In this document: in pieces, positions 6,951 through 15,651 of the stretch
Position numbering within the stretch: the stretch's first letter is position 1
Layout of the letters: each line of letters begins with the position of its first letter
Origin: an uncultured archaeon
GTDB taxonomy: Archaea; Asgardarchaeota; Lokiarchaeia; Sigyniarchaeales; SOKP01
Assembly: GCA_964583985.1 (NCBI GenBank)
Contig: CAZOYD010000040.1
Span: forward strand, 1-33,459
DNA length: 33,459 bases
Direction: 5' to 3'
The notes under the pieces: model-generated
What the model was told of the DNA's origin: nothing
The model's database searches: none
The model's input: only the letters and a program-made list of their open reading frames with translations
Translations under genes and position numbers: made by a program

Positions 6951-7724
6951 ATGCTCATGAATAATTCTGAAGAAGAAAACCTGAAAGATATGGAAGAACA
7001 GGATGAAGGTGATGAAGAGATTGACGAAAAAGAACTTCAAGAAAGCGATGAAGACAGCGACGATATGAAAGAAGATGAACCTTTAGAAAATAACGAAAGT
7101 TTACCCATTGTTGAAGAATCTCAACCAATTATTCTTGAAAACGAAAAAGAAACTACTATAGTTGAAAAAGAAAAAAAGTTGGAAATTAGGGACATACAAA
7201 AGAATTTAATTGAGGGGGCCCTCTATGCCGCTGGTCGACCATTGGATATTGAAGAATTAGCAACAAAATTAGAAACCCCTAAGAAATTGACGGAAGAGCT
7301 AGTCAATGAATTAGCCATGGAGTATTTAGAGCGTACTACCTCTTTAGTTATTGCACAAGTAGGAGAAAGATACCAAATGCAACTTAGACCTGAATATACC
7401 GAAAGCGTTGCGAAATTCGCAAAGGGAGGAGCGATAGCTGAACGATATCTACGAACTTTGACCGTTATCGCATTAAAACAGCCCATCTTGAAATCTACAA
7501 TAGTAAAATTACGGGGAAGCGGAGCTTATGAACATATAAAGTATTTAATCGATAATGACTTGATTGAGGCTGTAAAAAAGGGTAGATCATTTGAGTTAAC
7601 GACGTCGGATAAATACTCCGAAATGTTTGGTTTACCAAAAAACAAAACAGAATTAAAAAAGGCAATGATCCAACAATTAGGGATGGAACCATTAAATTTC
7701 GGTCCCGAAGAGCCTTATGATTAA
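6951..7724 (+). CDS. scpB: Segregation and condensation protein B with an acidic N-terminal extension
   Basis: IEGALYAAGRPL, LRTLTVIALKQPI...LRG and LTTSDKYSEMFGL motifs. Confidence 0.92.
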   Translation: MLMNNSEEENLKDMEEQDEGDEEIDEKELQESDEDSDDMKEDEPLENNESLPIVEESQPIILENEKETTIVEKEKKLEIRDIQKNLIEGALYAAGRPLDIEELATKLETPKKLTEELVNELAMEYLERTTSLVIAQVGERYQMQLRPEYTESVAKFAKGGAIAERYLRTLTVIALKQPILKSTIVKLRGSGAYEHIKYLIDNDLIEAVKKGRSFELTTSDKYSEMFGLPKNKTELKKAMIQQLGMEPLNFGPEEPYD

Positions 7725-7726
7725 CA

Positions 7727-8464
7727 TTATTGGGACGATTTCAGAAATTTTTGTTGAAAATAAATAAATAAACTAATTTTGACAATTTTAAAGACGTGGA
7801 TTAAGGGATTTTTTATTAATCTAGACGATCCATTCATTCTTTTAAAGCATTTAACGGGTACTTGATTAATTTTGAAATCATTCATGTATGCAAGTATGAA
7901 CATCTCTTGAGAATAATTGTATGAACCCCTTAAATTCTCTAGTAAAAATTCTCCAAAATCCCAATTAAATGCCCTAAAAGAGGATTGAACATCAAAAATA
8001 TATCGGTTTTTTAGGAGGATCCGAGATATGAAAAATGATAGTAAATAATTCGTTATTTTCTTTAAAACGCTCCCTTGGTAATTGCTATTATCCAAAAACC
8101 GGTTTCCCATGCATAAATCTGTACTGTTTTTAATTAATGGGCTAATGAGACTTGAAATTTGGTTTGGAGAATATTGACCATCGCCATCCAAGATTATCAT
8201 GATGTCTGCGTGATTATCAACGCAATATTGAAGACCCTTGCGAAAGGTTAGCGCTAATCCCATATTGAATCGATTTGATAACACGAGGGCTCCCATATCT
8301 TTCGCAATGTATGCGGTGTTATCCATGCTACCATCATCAATCACTATTATTTGAAGTTCAATATCAGGCAATGATGGAATGCTCTTTAATAATTTTATGA
8401 GGTTCTCTTCTTCATTATAAGCGGGGATGATGATAAATACTTTTTTCATTATAACCTGATTCAT
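7727..8464 (-). CDS. Glycosyltransferase family 2 (DPM1-like)
   Basis: IIIPAYNEE, VIDDGSMD and LDGDGQY motifs; start codon overlaps the valS stop (ATGA). Confidence 0.9.
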   Translation of the reverse strand: MNQVIMKKVFIIIPAYNEEENLIKLLKSIPSLPDIELQIIVIDDGSMDNTAYIAKDMGALVLSNRFNMGLALTFRKGLQYCVDNHADIMIILDGDGQYSPNQISSLISPLIKNSTDLCMGNRFLDNSNYQGSVLKKITNYLLSFFISRILLKNRYIFDVQSSFRAFNWDFGEFLLENLRGSYNYSQEMFILAYMNDFKINQVPVKCFKRMNGSSRLIKNPLIHVFKIVKISLFIYFQQKFLKSSQ

Positions 8465-11058
8465 TTGGATAAATAGATATCAATACCTAATTCGTCATCT
8501 CTCTCTTTATAATCAAAGATATCTCCCATTTTGGATTGACAACCCGTTTCAATTACTTCAAGCTCTCGAATTCTCAGAATTTCTTTAATATCGATAGATT
8601 GATTTAATTGTAGAAGGATCGAATTATTCGTGAATATGGCGATTCGAGAGATTTCTTGATTCAATGGAATTTTAAGCTTAGATTTCAGAGTTCTCAAGCT
8701 TTTAACGGTTTTAATAGTTAGTTCTCCTATTTCTGATGATTTCATTGATATGTTTGTGTAAGGATGAGGCCATGATTCAAAATAGAGCGAAATCAAGGGA
8801 TAAAGGTCTTTATAAAGGATGTCATGAATTTCTTCACAAATGAAGGGCATAATGAAAGATAATGCAGTTAATATTTTATAAAATAGGTTCATCGCGTTTT
8901 TTAACGCATTGGTTTTAATTTCTTCCTTATCGGAATAAAATCTATATTTAATTGCTTCAATGTAATTATCACAGAGATCTTCCCAGAAAAAAGAACGAAG
9001 TATCATGAAACCTTCGTGCCAATTATAGTTATCAAAAAAATCAGTGGCCGTTTCAATAATTTGATTAAATTTAGAGAAGAAATAAGATTCAATATCTGAA
9101 AGAGAATTCTCCTCAATTTCTAAATTTGATATTTCAATATCCCTAGTATTCAGGTATAGAAATCTATAGGCATTCCACATTTTCGTTAAGAATCGTGAGG
9201 CACCAATTAATTGTTCATAATTCTTCTGATATTTATTATTGAATTTGCTCTCAGGAAGACGTTCTTTTTCTTGTAATATGATTTCATTAGATATTGGTTG
9301 TTTTGATTGCTTGTTAATCCAAGTGAATTCAAATGGATAATCATCTCCAAGGGTACCCATTGCAGCCCATTGTCTTATGACATCTGTACCAAAATGAGGT
9401 AACACTTCATCTGGAGAAACAATATTGCCATAACTTTTCGACATGTGCCTTCCATCGGGTCCAGCAACCATCCCGTTTATTAAAGCTTCTGAAAAAGGAG
9501 CTTTTCCAGTTAAGATGCGACAACGAAATAATGTATAAAACATCCAAGTTCTAATTATTTCATAGCCTTGCGGGCGATTAATTTCAGCATTTAAATAAGT
9601 TTTTTTAAAGAATTCCTCGTCATCTAACCATTTTGAGATTATGAGTGGAGTTATGCTCGAATCAATCCAGCAATCGCAGACATCTTTTTCCCCAATTATC
9701 GATTTTCCATTACAATTTGGGCATTGTTTAATCGGGGGTTGCGTTTTTATGGGATCGAGAGGTAAATCTACCTTTTTTGGTGCGATGATATGACCACAAT
9801 CCTTGCAATACCAGAAGGGTATTGGGGTACCAAACACTCTTTGTCGAGATATCACCCAATTCCAATCAAGTCCAGTAGCCCAATCTATAAGTCTCTGCTT
9901 ATGTTTTTCGGGATACCATTTCATTTTTTCCGCAGAGTCAATTATTTCATCCGTGAAATCTTTTAAATTAATGAACCATTGATCGACGGGTAAATACTCA
10001 ATAGGAAATTTGCATGACGATCGCTCCGAATGGATGATTATATTATGTTCATAGTCCTCTATCTTATCTATCAACCCAATCTTCTCAAGGTCTTTTACTA
10101 TCGCATCCCGCGCTTCATTGATGGTTAAATTTTGATATTTAGAATTAGAATTCATTTTTCCATCTTCAGTAAAGATCTGGATCTCGTCAAGTTCGTGTTT
10201 TAATCTCCATTTGATATCCATTTCGTCACCATAGGTACATACATACACGATTCCCGTTCCAAAATGCATATCAACATCTTGATCCAAATATATGGGAACG
10301 ATGCGGTCCGCTATTGGGAGTTTTACTTTCGCAGCGGATAGATCCAAATATCGATCATCATTGGGATTAATTAAGACCCCAACGCAAGCTTCGATGTATT
10401 CGGGTCTTGTAGTTGCGATCTTTATAAATTTATCTTCCCGATCTACTAAAGGTAATTTAATATACCATAATTTTCCTTTTTCAACTTGATATCCAACTTC
10501 TGCCTTGGCAACTGACGTCTCGCAATTTACACAAAAATGGGTCGGGAACTTGGCACGATAAAGAAGTCCTTTTTCATAGAATTCCAAGAGTGATATTTGT
10601 ACTTTTTTCTTGTATTGATCATTCATGGTACGATATGTATACTTCCAATCAGTTGAATATCCCAAATCATTTAATTGGCTAGTCATGTTTGCAATGTTGA
10701 TATCAACCCATTCAACGCATTTCTTCAAAAATTCATCACGATTATCTTTCGAAATCCTATAATTTTTCGTTACAGCTAATTCTACCGGGAGTCCGTGACA
10801 ATCAAATCCTTGAGGGAAATAAACATTGTATCCTCTCATTTTTTTATATCTTGCTACAAAATCGATCCAAGAGTGACCAAGAACATGTCCCATGTGTAAA
10901 GTTCCACTTACGAAAGGTGGAGGCGTATCGATGGTTAATAATTTTTGATTAGGGTTAAATTCAAATCGAAAAATGTTTTCTCCTTTCCAAAATTCAATCC
11001 ATCTTTTCTGAACTTCATTAAAATTAAATCTTTTAGGGAAAGTATTTATTTGAGTCAT
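8461..11058 (-). CDS. valS: Valine--tRNA ligase (archaeal type)
   Basis: DTPPPFVSGTLHMGH (HIGH), ATTRPE editing motif, WNWVISRQR, HMSKS (KMSKS). Confidence 0.95.
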   Translation of the reverse strand: MTQINTFPKRFNFNEVQKRWIEFWKGENIFRFEFNPNQKLLTIDTPPPFVSGTLHMGHVLGHSWIDFVARYKKMRGYNVYFPQGFDCHGLPVELAVTKNYRISKDNRDEFLKKCVEWVDINIANMTSQLNDLGYSTDWKYTYRTMNDQYKKKVQISLLEFYEKGLLYRAKFPTHFCVNCETSVAKAEVGYQVEKGKLWYIKLPLVDREDKFIKIATTRPEYIEACVGVLINPNDDRYLDLSAAKVKLPIADRIVPIYLDQDVDMHFGTGIVYVCTYGDEMDIKWRLKHELDEIQIFTEDGKMNSNSKYQNLTINEARDAIVKDLEKIGLIDKIEDYEHNIIIHSERSSCKFPIEYLPVDQWFINLKDFTDEIIDSAEKMKWYPEKHKQRLIDWATGLDWNWVISRQRVFGTPIPFWYCKDCGHIIAPKKVDLPLDPIKTQPPIKQCPNCNGKSIIGEKDVCDCWIDSSITPLIISKWLDDEEFFKKTYLNAEINRPQGYEIIRTWMFYTLFRCRILTGKAPFSEALINGMVAGPDGRHMSKSYGNIVSPDEVLPHFGTDVIRQWAAMGTLGDDYPFEFTWINKQSKQPISNEIILQEKERLPESKFNNKYQKNYEQLIGASRFLTKMWNAYRFLYLNTRDIEISNLEIEENSLSDIESYFFSKFNQIIETATDFFDNYNWHEGFMILRSFFWEDLCDNYIEAIKYRFYSDKEEIKTNALKNAMNLFYKILTALSFIMPFICEEIHDILYKDLYPLISLYFESWPHPYTNISMKSSEIGELTIKTVKSLRTLKSKLKIPLNQEISRIAIFTNNSILLQLNQSIDIKEILRIRELEVIETGCQSKMGDIFDYKERDDELGIDIYLSK

Positions 11059-11083
11059 TTTGATAAAGATTTATAAGTATACA

Positions 11084-11217
11084 TGGTGGACCTGGCGGGA
11101 GTATCAAGATTAATCGAATAGATTAACCTATTTGAACCCGCGGCCTCTTGATTGCGAACCAAGTTACCAATATGTTGAAATAACATTATTTGCGATCTGC
11201 TACTAATCTACAGGCCC
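11084..11217 (-). tRNA. tRNA-Ala(CGC) with two non-canonical introns (11163-11191 at ~27/28; 11101-11130 at 59/60)
   Basis: Spliced sequence GGGCCTGTAGATTAGTAGCAGATCGCTTGGTTCGCAATCAAGAGGCCGCGGGTTCAAATCCCGCCAGGTCCACCA: G3:U70 alanine identity pair, CGC anticodon, encoded CCA. Both introns fold into relaxed BHB motifs. Confidence 0.85.
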
Positions 11218-11293
11218 ATTTTTATGATATAAATATTAGGGAATAAAAAAGTCAGTACCTAATAATTTTTATGTTTTAATCTATCCTAATTAT

Positions 11294-13672
11294 TTAATAT
11301 TGCGTTCGTGCTATGATATCATCTTGAGCTGTTTTTGATATTTCATTAAATAAAACAGAATACCCCGCAATCCTCACGACTAAACCACGATAATGATTAG
11401 GATTTTTTTGGGCATCGCAGAGAATGTCTTTACCAACAACGTTAAATTGAACGTGATATCCCCCCTCTTTTTTAAAATAAGTTCTAATCAATGGCAAAAA
11501 AGTATTAGGACTTACAGAATTTGGATGAAAAGATAATATCACGGAATTTCCATTCGTCATTAGTCCATTGTCCAATTTCATCACGGAATTTAATATAGCT
11601 GTTGGTCCATTTTTGTCCCTACCATTTGTTGGACCAACTCCATTGGATAAAATATCCCTAGATTTTCTACCATCTGCTGACGCTGCAGTAAATACACCAA
11701 AAGCAATATGAAATGATGTAGTGTAAAAACCTGGATTGTAAATTCCTCCTCTGAAATTCTTATGTTTAACCAGTTCTTTACAAAAAACACGTGCCACGTC
11801 TCTTACAATCGAATCAACATAATCGTCATCATTACCAAATTTGGGTACTTTATTGATAAATATCTCTCGCCACATTTCACCTTTCTTTTCTCGATACGTT
11901 CCCCGATAATTCTTTACAAGTATTTTCACTAGATCTTCATACAAAAGAAGCTTATCCTCGAATACTAACTTTTTTATAACCGCAAGACTATCTCCCACTG
12001 TAGCCAATCCAATTAATTGAGTAGTTGTAAAATCGTACAAAGCACCCCCTCTTGTAATATCTAATCCACGCTCTATGCAGTCATCTATTGTTGCTGATAA
12101 AAAGGGTTGTGGATTTAATTCTGCAATGGCTCTATCAAGGTAATTCATTGTTTCAACTAAGGGTTTTATGAAATGTTTTAGCTGTAATACAAACTCGTTC
12201 CATAAGTCTTCATACGAAGATATTGGTTTGGAATTTTCGATACCATATTTTTTTCTTGTAAACATATCTATTCCATTGTTCAAGGTGAGTTCAAGACATT
12301 TAACAGCATTTAATTCTGTTGCATTTGTACATCCATATGTTTTAAAAGGATGTGAGGGTTCCACACAACCAATAGGGGCATACTCTCTGGCATCTTCAAG
12401 AGAATATCCAAGATCAATTAAACCTGGAATCATGACTTCATCATTAAAAAGAGCAATGCTAGCACCATCTTTTATGGCTTCCCCAGTTTTCAATATCAAT
12501 TCATCGGGTGTATTTTGACTCACTCGTACAGAAAAAGTAGGTTGTACCGTTTTTAATTTATGGTATGCTTCTAAAAAGATGTAAGATAACTCATTGGTCA
12601 CATCATGCCCATCCGCATTAATTCCTCCTATAGTCAAATTCGACGCAATAGGAGGTCCTTCGGCAGCTATAATACCTTTATGCAAAACATAATTCCATAA
12701 GGTAATTAACTTAAGATAAAAACATTCAATGATAAATTTAGCCTCTTCTTGTTTCATGATCCCCTTATTAATGTCATTGATATAATAGGGATACAAAACT
12801 TGATCCAATCGCCCTAAACTTATAGCAAATCCTCCATCTTCTAATCCTGTTATAATATGAGTAAATAACACCAGTTGAATTGCTTCTTTAAAGTTTTTTG
12901 GAGGCTCATTTGAAATATTATAACAAATTTCAGAGATCTCAAGGAGTTCTGCTTTTCTATTTATATCTGATTCCTCTAAAGCCATTTTTTTAGCTAAATC
13001 TGAAAATCTCAGAATATAATGCTTAACTCCGTCTAAAATAATTAAGATTGAATTTAGAAATGTCAATTTATCTTGATCATCCTTGAAATCTTCTATTTTT
13101 TGTTTTGTTTTTGAAAGTAAACCAACAAGACCTCCCTTCAATACATTTTGATGTCCTGGAAAGAAATGACCTACTCCATTCGTAATATGAGTATCAACGA
13201 TATATAGCAGATTAAGCATTAGTTCATTTAACTCGGGACTTAAAAATGAATTAAATCGTGATTTTACGGTCTCTTCCTCATTTTTCCAATATGGGATAAT
13301 CTGTTCTCTCATAAATTTTTTGTTTTCCTCTGAAAACACAAAACTCTGTACATCCCGAGTATCATAGAGTTCAAGATCTAATTCAATCGTGTCTATTCTT
13401 ACTTCAGGATATAATGGAGTTCCAACCAACTTAGTTGTTCTAGTACCAACGAGAAATTCGTCATCCCATATTTTAATTGACATATTCTTCAAGAAATAAG
13501 TCATTGCTTTTGCAAATCTCAAGGGTGGTGATTCTCCTTTTGCTTTTTGATAGGATTCAGTCATTAATTTCGCTCTTTCCACGCAGATTTCATGTGGTTG
13601 ATTGATAAGTTTAAGTCTCATTCGTTCAATTCGCTCTTCATAATCTGAAAAACGATTTAGCTCTAATTGCAT
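11294..13672 (-). CDS. Glycyl-radical enzyme (PFL2/dehydratase-like family)
   Basis: C-terminal LVVRIAGYS glycyl-radical motif; single-Cys IGCVEP loop; ISLGRLDQ, PKFGND and SADGR motifs. Confidence 0.9.
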   Translation of the reverse strand: MQLELNRFSDYEERIERMRLKLINQPHEICVERAKLMTESYQKAKGESPPLRFAKAMTYFLKNMSIKIWDDEFLVGTRTTKLVGTPLYPEVRIDTIELDLELYDTRDVQSFVFSEENKKFMREQIIPYWKNEEETVKSRFNSFLSPELNELMLNLLYIVDTHITNGVGHFFPGHQNVLKGGLVGLLSKTKQKIEDFKDDQDKLTFLNSILIILDGVKHYILRFSDLAKKMALEESDINRKAELLEISEICYNISNEPPKNFKEAIQLVLFTHIITGLEDGGFAISLGRLDQVLYPYYINDINKGIMKQEEAKFIIECFYLKLITLWNYVLHKGIIAAEGPPIASNLTIGGINADGHDVTNELSYIFLEAYHKLKTVQPTFSVRVSQNTPDELILKTGEAIKDGASIALFNDEVMIPGLIDLGYSLEDAREYAPIGCVEPSHPFKTYGCTNATELNAVKCLELTLNNGIDMFTRKKYGIENSKPISSYEDLWNEFVLQLKHFIKPLVETMNYLDRAIAELNPQPFLSATIDDCIERGLDITRGGALYDFTTTQLIGLATVGDSLAVIKKLVFEDKLLLYEDLVKILVKNYRGTYREKKGEMWREIFINKVPKFGNDDDYVDSIVRDVARVFCKELVKHKNFRGGIYNPGFYTTSFHIAFGVFTAASADGRKSRDILSNGVGPTNGRDKNGPTAILNSVMKLDNGLMTNGNSVILSFHPNSVSPNTFLPLIRTYFKKEGGYHVQFNVVGKDILCDAQKNPNHYRGLVVRIAGYSVLFNEISKTAQDDIIARTQY

Positions 13673-13768
13673 TTTAAATCACGGAATTGGTTTTAATTTA
13701 GTTTGAATAATCAACTAACAAAATTATAGTAGTAATACTTATAAAAATATTGAGTATAAAATCAAAAT

Positions 13769-14590
13769 TCAATCAGAACGTGCAGAAAATAACATTGATA
13801 TGGTTTTCTTATCTTTAAACCTTTTAATCGCTAAATCAAGATACTCTTTATTATTATCAATTCCGATAAATCTTCTTCCGAGAACGTTGCAGACTATTCC
13901 TGTCGATCCAGATCCAACAAAAGGATCAAGTACTAAATCATTTTCATTAGATGATGCTGATATAATTCGATTTAAAAGTTCCAAGGGTTTCTGAGTAGGG
14001 TGTTTTCCATATTCTTTTTCGGATTTTGGCAACAAGGGAATTGACCAAACGCTTCTCATCTGCTTATCGATATTTTTTAATTTATCTTTAGGATTATTCC
14101 ACCTTTTCATTAATTCATAATTGAACGCATGTTTTGAGTTACAGCTTTTTCTTGCCCATAAAACGATTTCGTGACTATGCGTGAAATATTTACATGATAA
14201 ATTTGGAGGAGCATTAGGTTTATACCAAACAATGTCATTTATGATGTCATAACCATTTTTCTCCAGTAAATATCCAATTTTATATATAATGTGTAATGTT
14301 CCAGATATCCAAATACTTCCATTCTTTTTTAAAATTCTTTTACATGCTTTTAACCAGTCATCAGTAAATCGTACATCTTCCTCAAAGCCTTGAGATTTAT
14401 CCCAATTTGCCTTATTCACTGAGACCATTTTTCCTGAAACACAAGTCACTCCATCATTAGATAAGAAATAAGGAGGATCAGCAAAAATAAGATCGAAATA
14501 ATCATTATTAAATTGATTTAAGATATCAAGTACATCTCCATGGAACAGTGCAAAATCTTTTGATTTAAAATAAGGGCTTATCTGCAACAT
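13769..14590 (-). CDS. Beta-class adenine DNA methyltransferase, DpnIIB/MboIB-like (probably GATC)
   Basis: IFADPPYFLSNDGVTCVSGKMVSVNK, HPTQKP and LDPFVGSGST, in beta-class motif order. Confidence 0.88.
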   Translation of the reverse strand: MLQISPYFKSKDFALFHGDVLDILNQFNNDYFDLIFADPPYFLSNDGVTCVSGKMVSVNKANWDKSQGFEEDVRFTDDWLKACKRILKKNGSIWISGTLHIIYKIGYLLEKNGYDIINDIVWYKPNAPPNLSCKYFTHSHEIVLWARKSCNSKHAFNYELMKRWNNPKDKLKNIDKQMRSVWSIPLLPKSEKEYGKHPTQKPLELLNRIISASSNENDLVLDPFVGSGSTGIVCNVLGRRFIGIDNNKEYLDLAIKRFKDKKTISMLFSARSD

Positions 14591-14696
14591 CCTTTCTTAA
14601 TAAGATATAGTACCTTTATTTTATTAAGTTTAAAGTTTTAAATTATCAAATTTTTATTATTTCATAGATACATAAATTCTGCATGAAGTTTGAAAA

Positions 14697-15638
14697 ATGT
14701 CAAGTAAAGAGAGATTTGAAGAATTATTCAATAAACATCTGATTAAAGATATAACTGAAGAAAATATTGACATTGTCCTTACAGGTCAATATGGGAAAGC
14801 TTTAGAGTTATTGCGAGATGCTGAATCAACAGGATTATTTCCTGCTTTGGTGGGGCCTCCTGGTGTGGGGAAAACGATCTTATGTAGATATTTCGCAAGT
14901 CTGAGAGCAAGAGAAAATAAGAATAAATCATTTTATTGGCTGACGATGGATGAATCCATTAAACCATCCCATTTTATAGGAAGCTTTGATCCCGCTATTA
15001 CACTCAAGAAAGGGTTTACCTTGGAAGCATTTAATTCTGGACCATTATTAAGTGCCATGTTAGAAGGTGGTACCTTTTTGGCGAATGAAATTAATAGAGC
15101 AACGGAATATTCTCAAAATACGCTTTTGGAACCATTAGAAGAAGCATCTATTGGTATTCCTCATTTAGGAAGAATTAAAGCCGATGAAAATTTCTTCTTC
15201 ATCTCTGCAATGAATCCCGAAGAACTTTCGGGAACACATAGGCTTTCAGAAGCGCTGAAAGATAGGATTAAAGTATGGATCAAATTGACCTATCCTGAAA
15301 AAGCCACTGAATTAGAGATAATTAGAATAAATCTACCGGAGCATTTTACCGTAGAAGAAACTGAGTTAGAATTAATCTATTCAATTATAAATGAAACTCG
15401 AAGAAATAAAATCGACATTGAAATTCCTGCTTCCATTAGAGCCGGTATTGCTATGGCAAAACTATTAGCTAGAAAACGAGTTTTAGAAAAAAGTGGGGAA
15501 CTTAAAGATAAAAAAAGCGTTTATGAACATCTTTCTGATATTTCAAGAAATGTGCTTTTAGGGAGCATTAAACCGAAACCTGGTGTTAAAGCTGAGAGCA
15601 TAATTGAAAATATCATACATAAAACCTTAGGAGCATAG
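14697..15638 (+). CDS. MoxR-family AAA+ ATPase
   Basis: GPPGVGKT Walker A, FLANEINR variant Walker B, AMNP, LSEALKDR; upstream of a VWA gene. Confidence 0.88.
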   Translation: MSSKERFEELFNKHLIKDITEENIDIVLTGQYGKALELLRDAESTGLFPALVGPPGVGKTILCRYFASLRARENKNKSFYWLTMDESIKPSHFIGSFDPAITLKKGFTLEAFNSGPLLSAMLEGGTFLANEINRATEYSQNTLLEPLEEASIGIPHLGRIKADENFFFISAMNPEELSGTHRLSEALKDRIKVWIKLTYPEKATELEIIRINLPEHFTVEETELELIYSIINETRRNKIDIEIPASIRAGIAMAKLLARKRVLEKSGELKDKKSVYEHLSDISRNVLLGSIKPKPGVKAESIIENIIHKTLGA

Positions 15639-15651
15639 GAGGTAATTTTTA

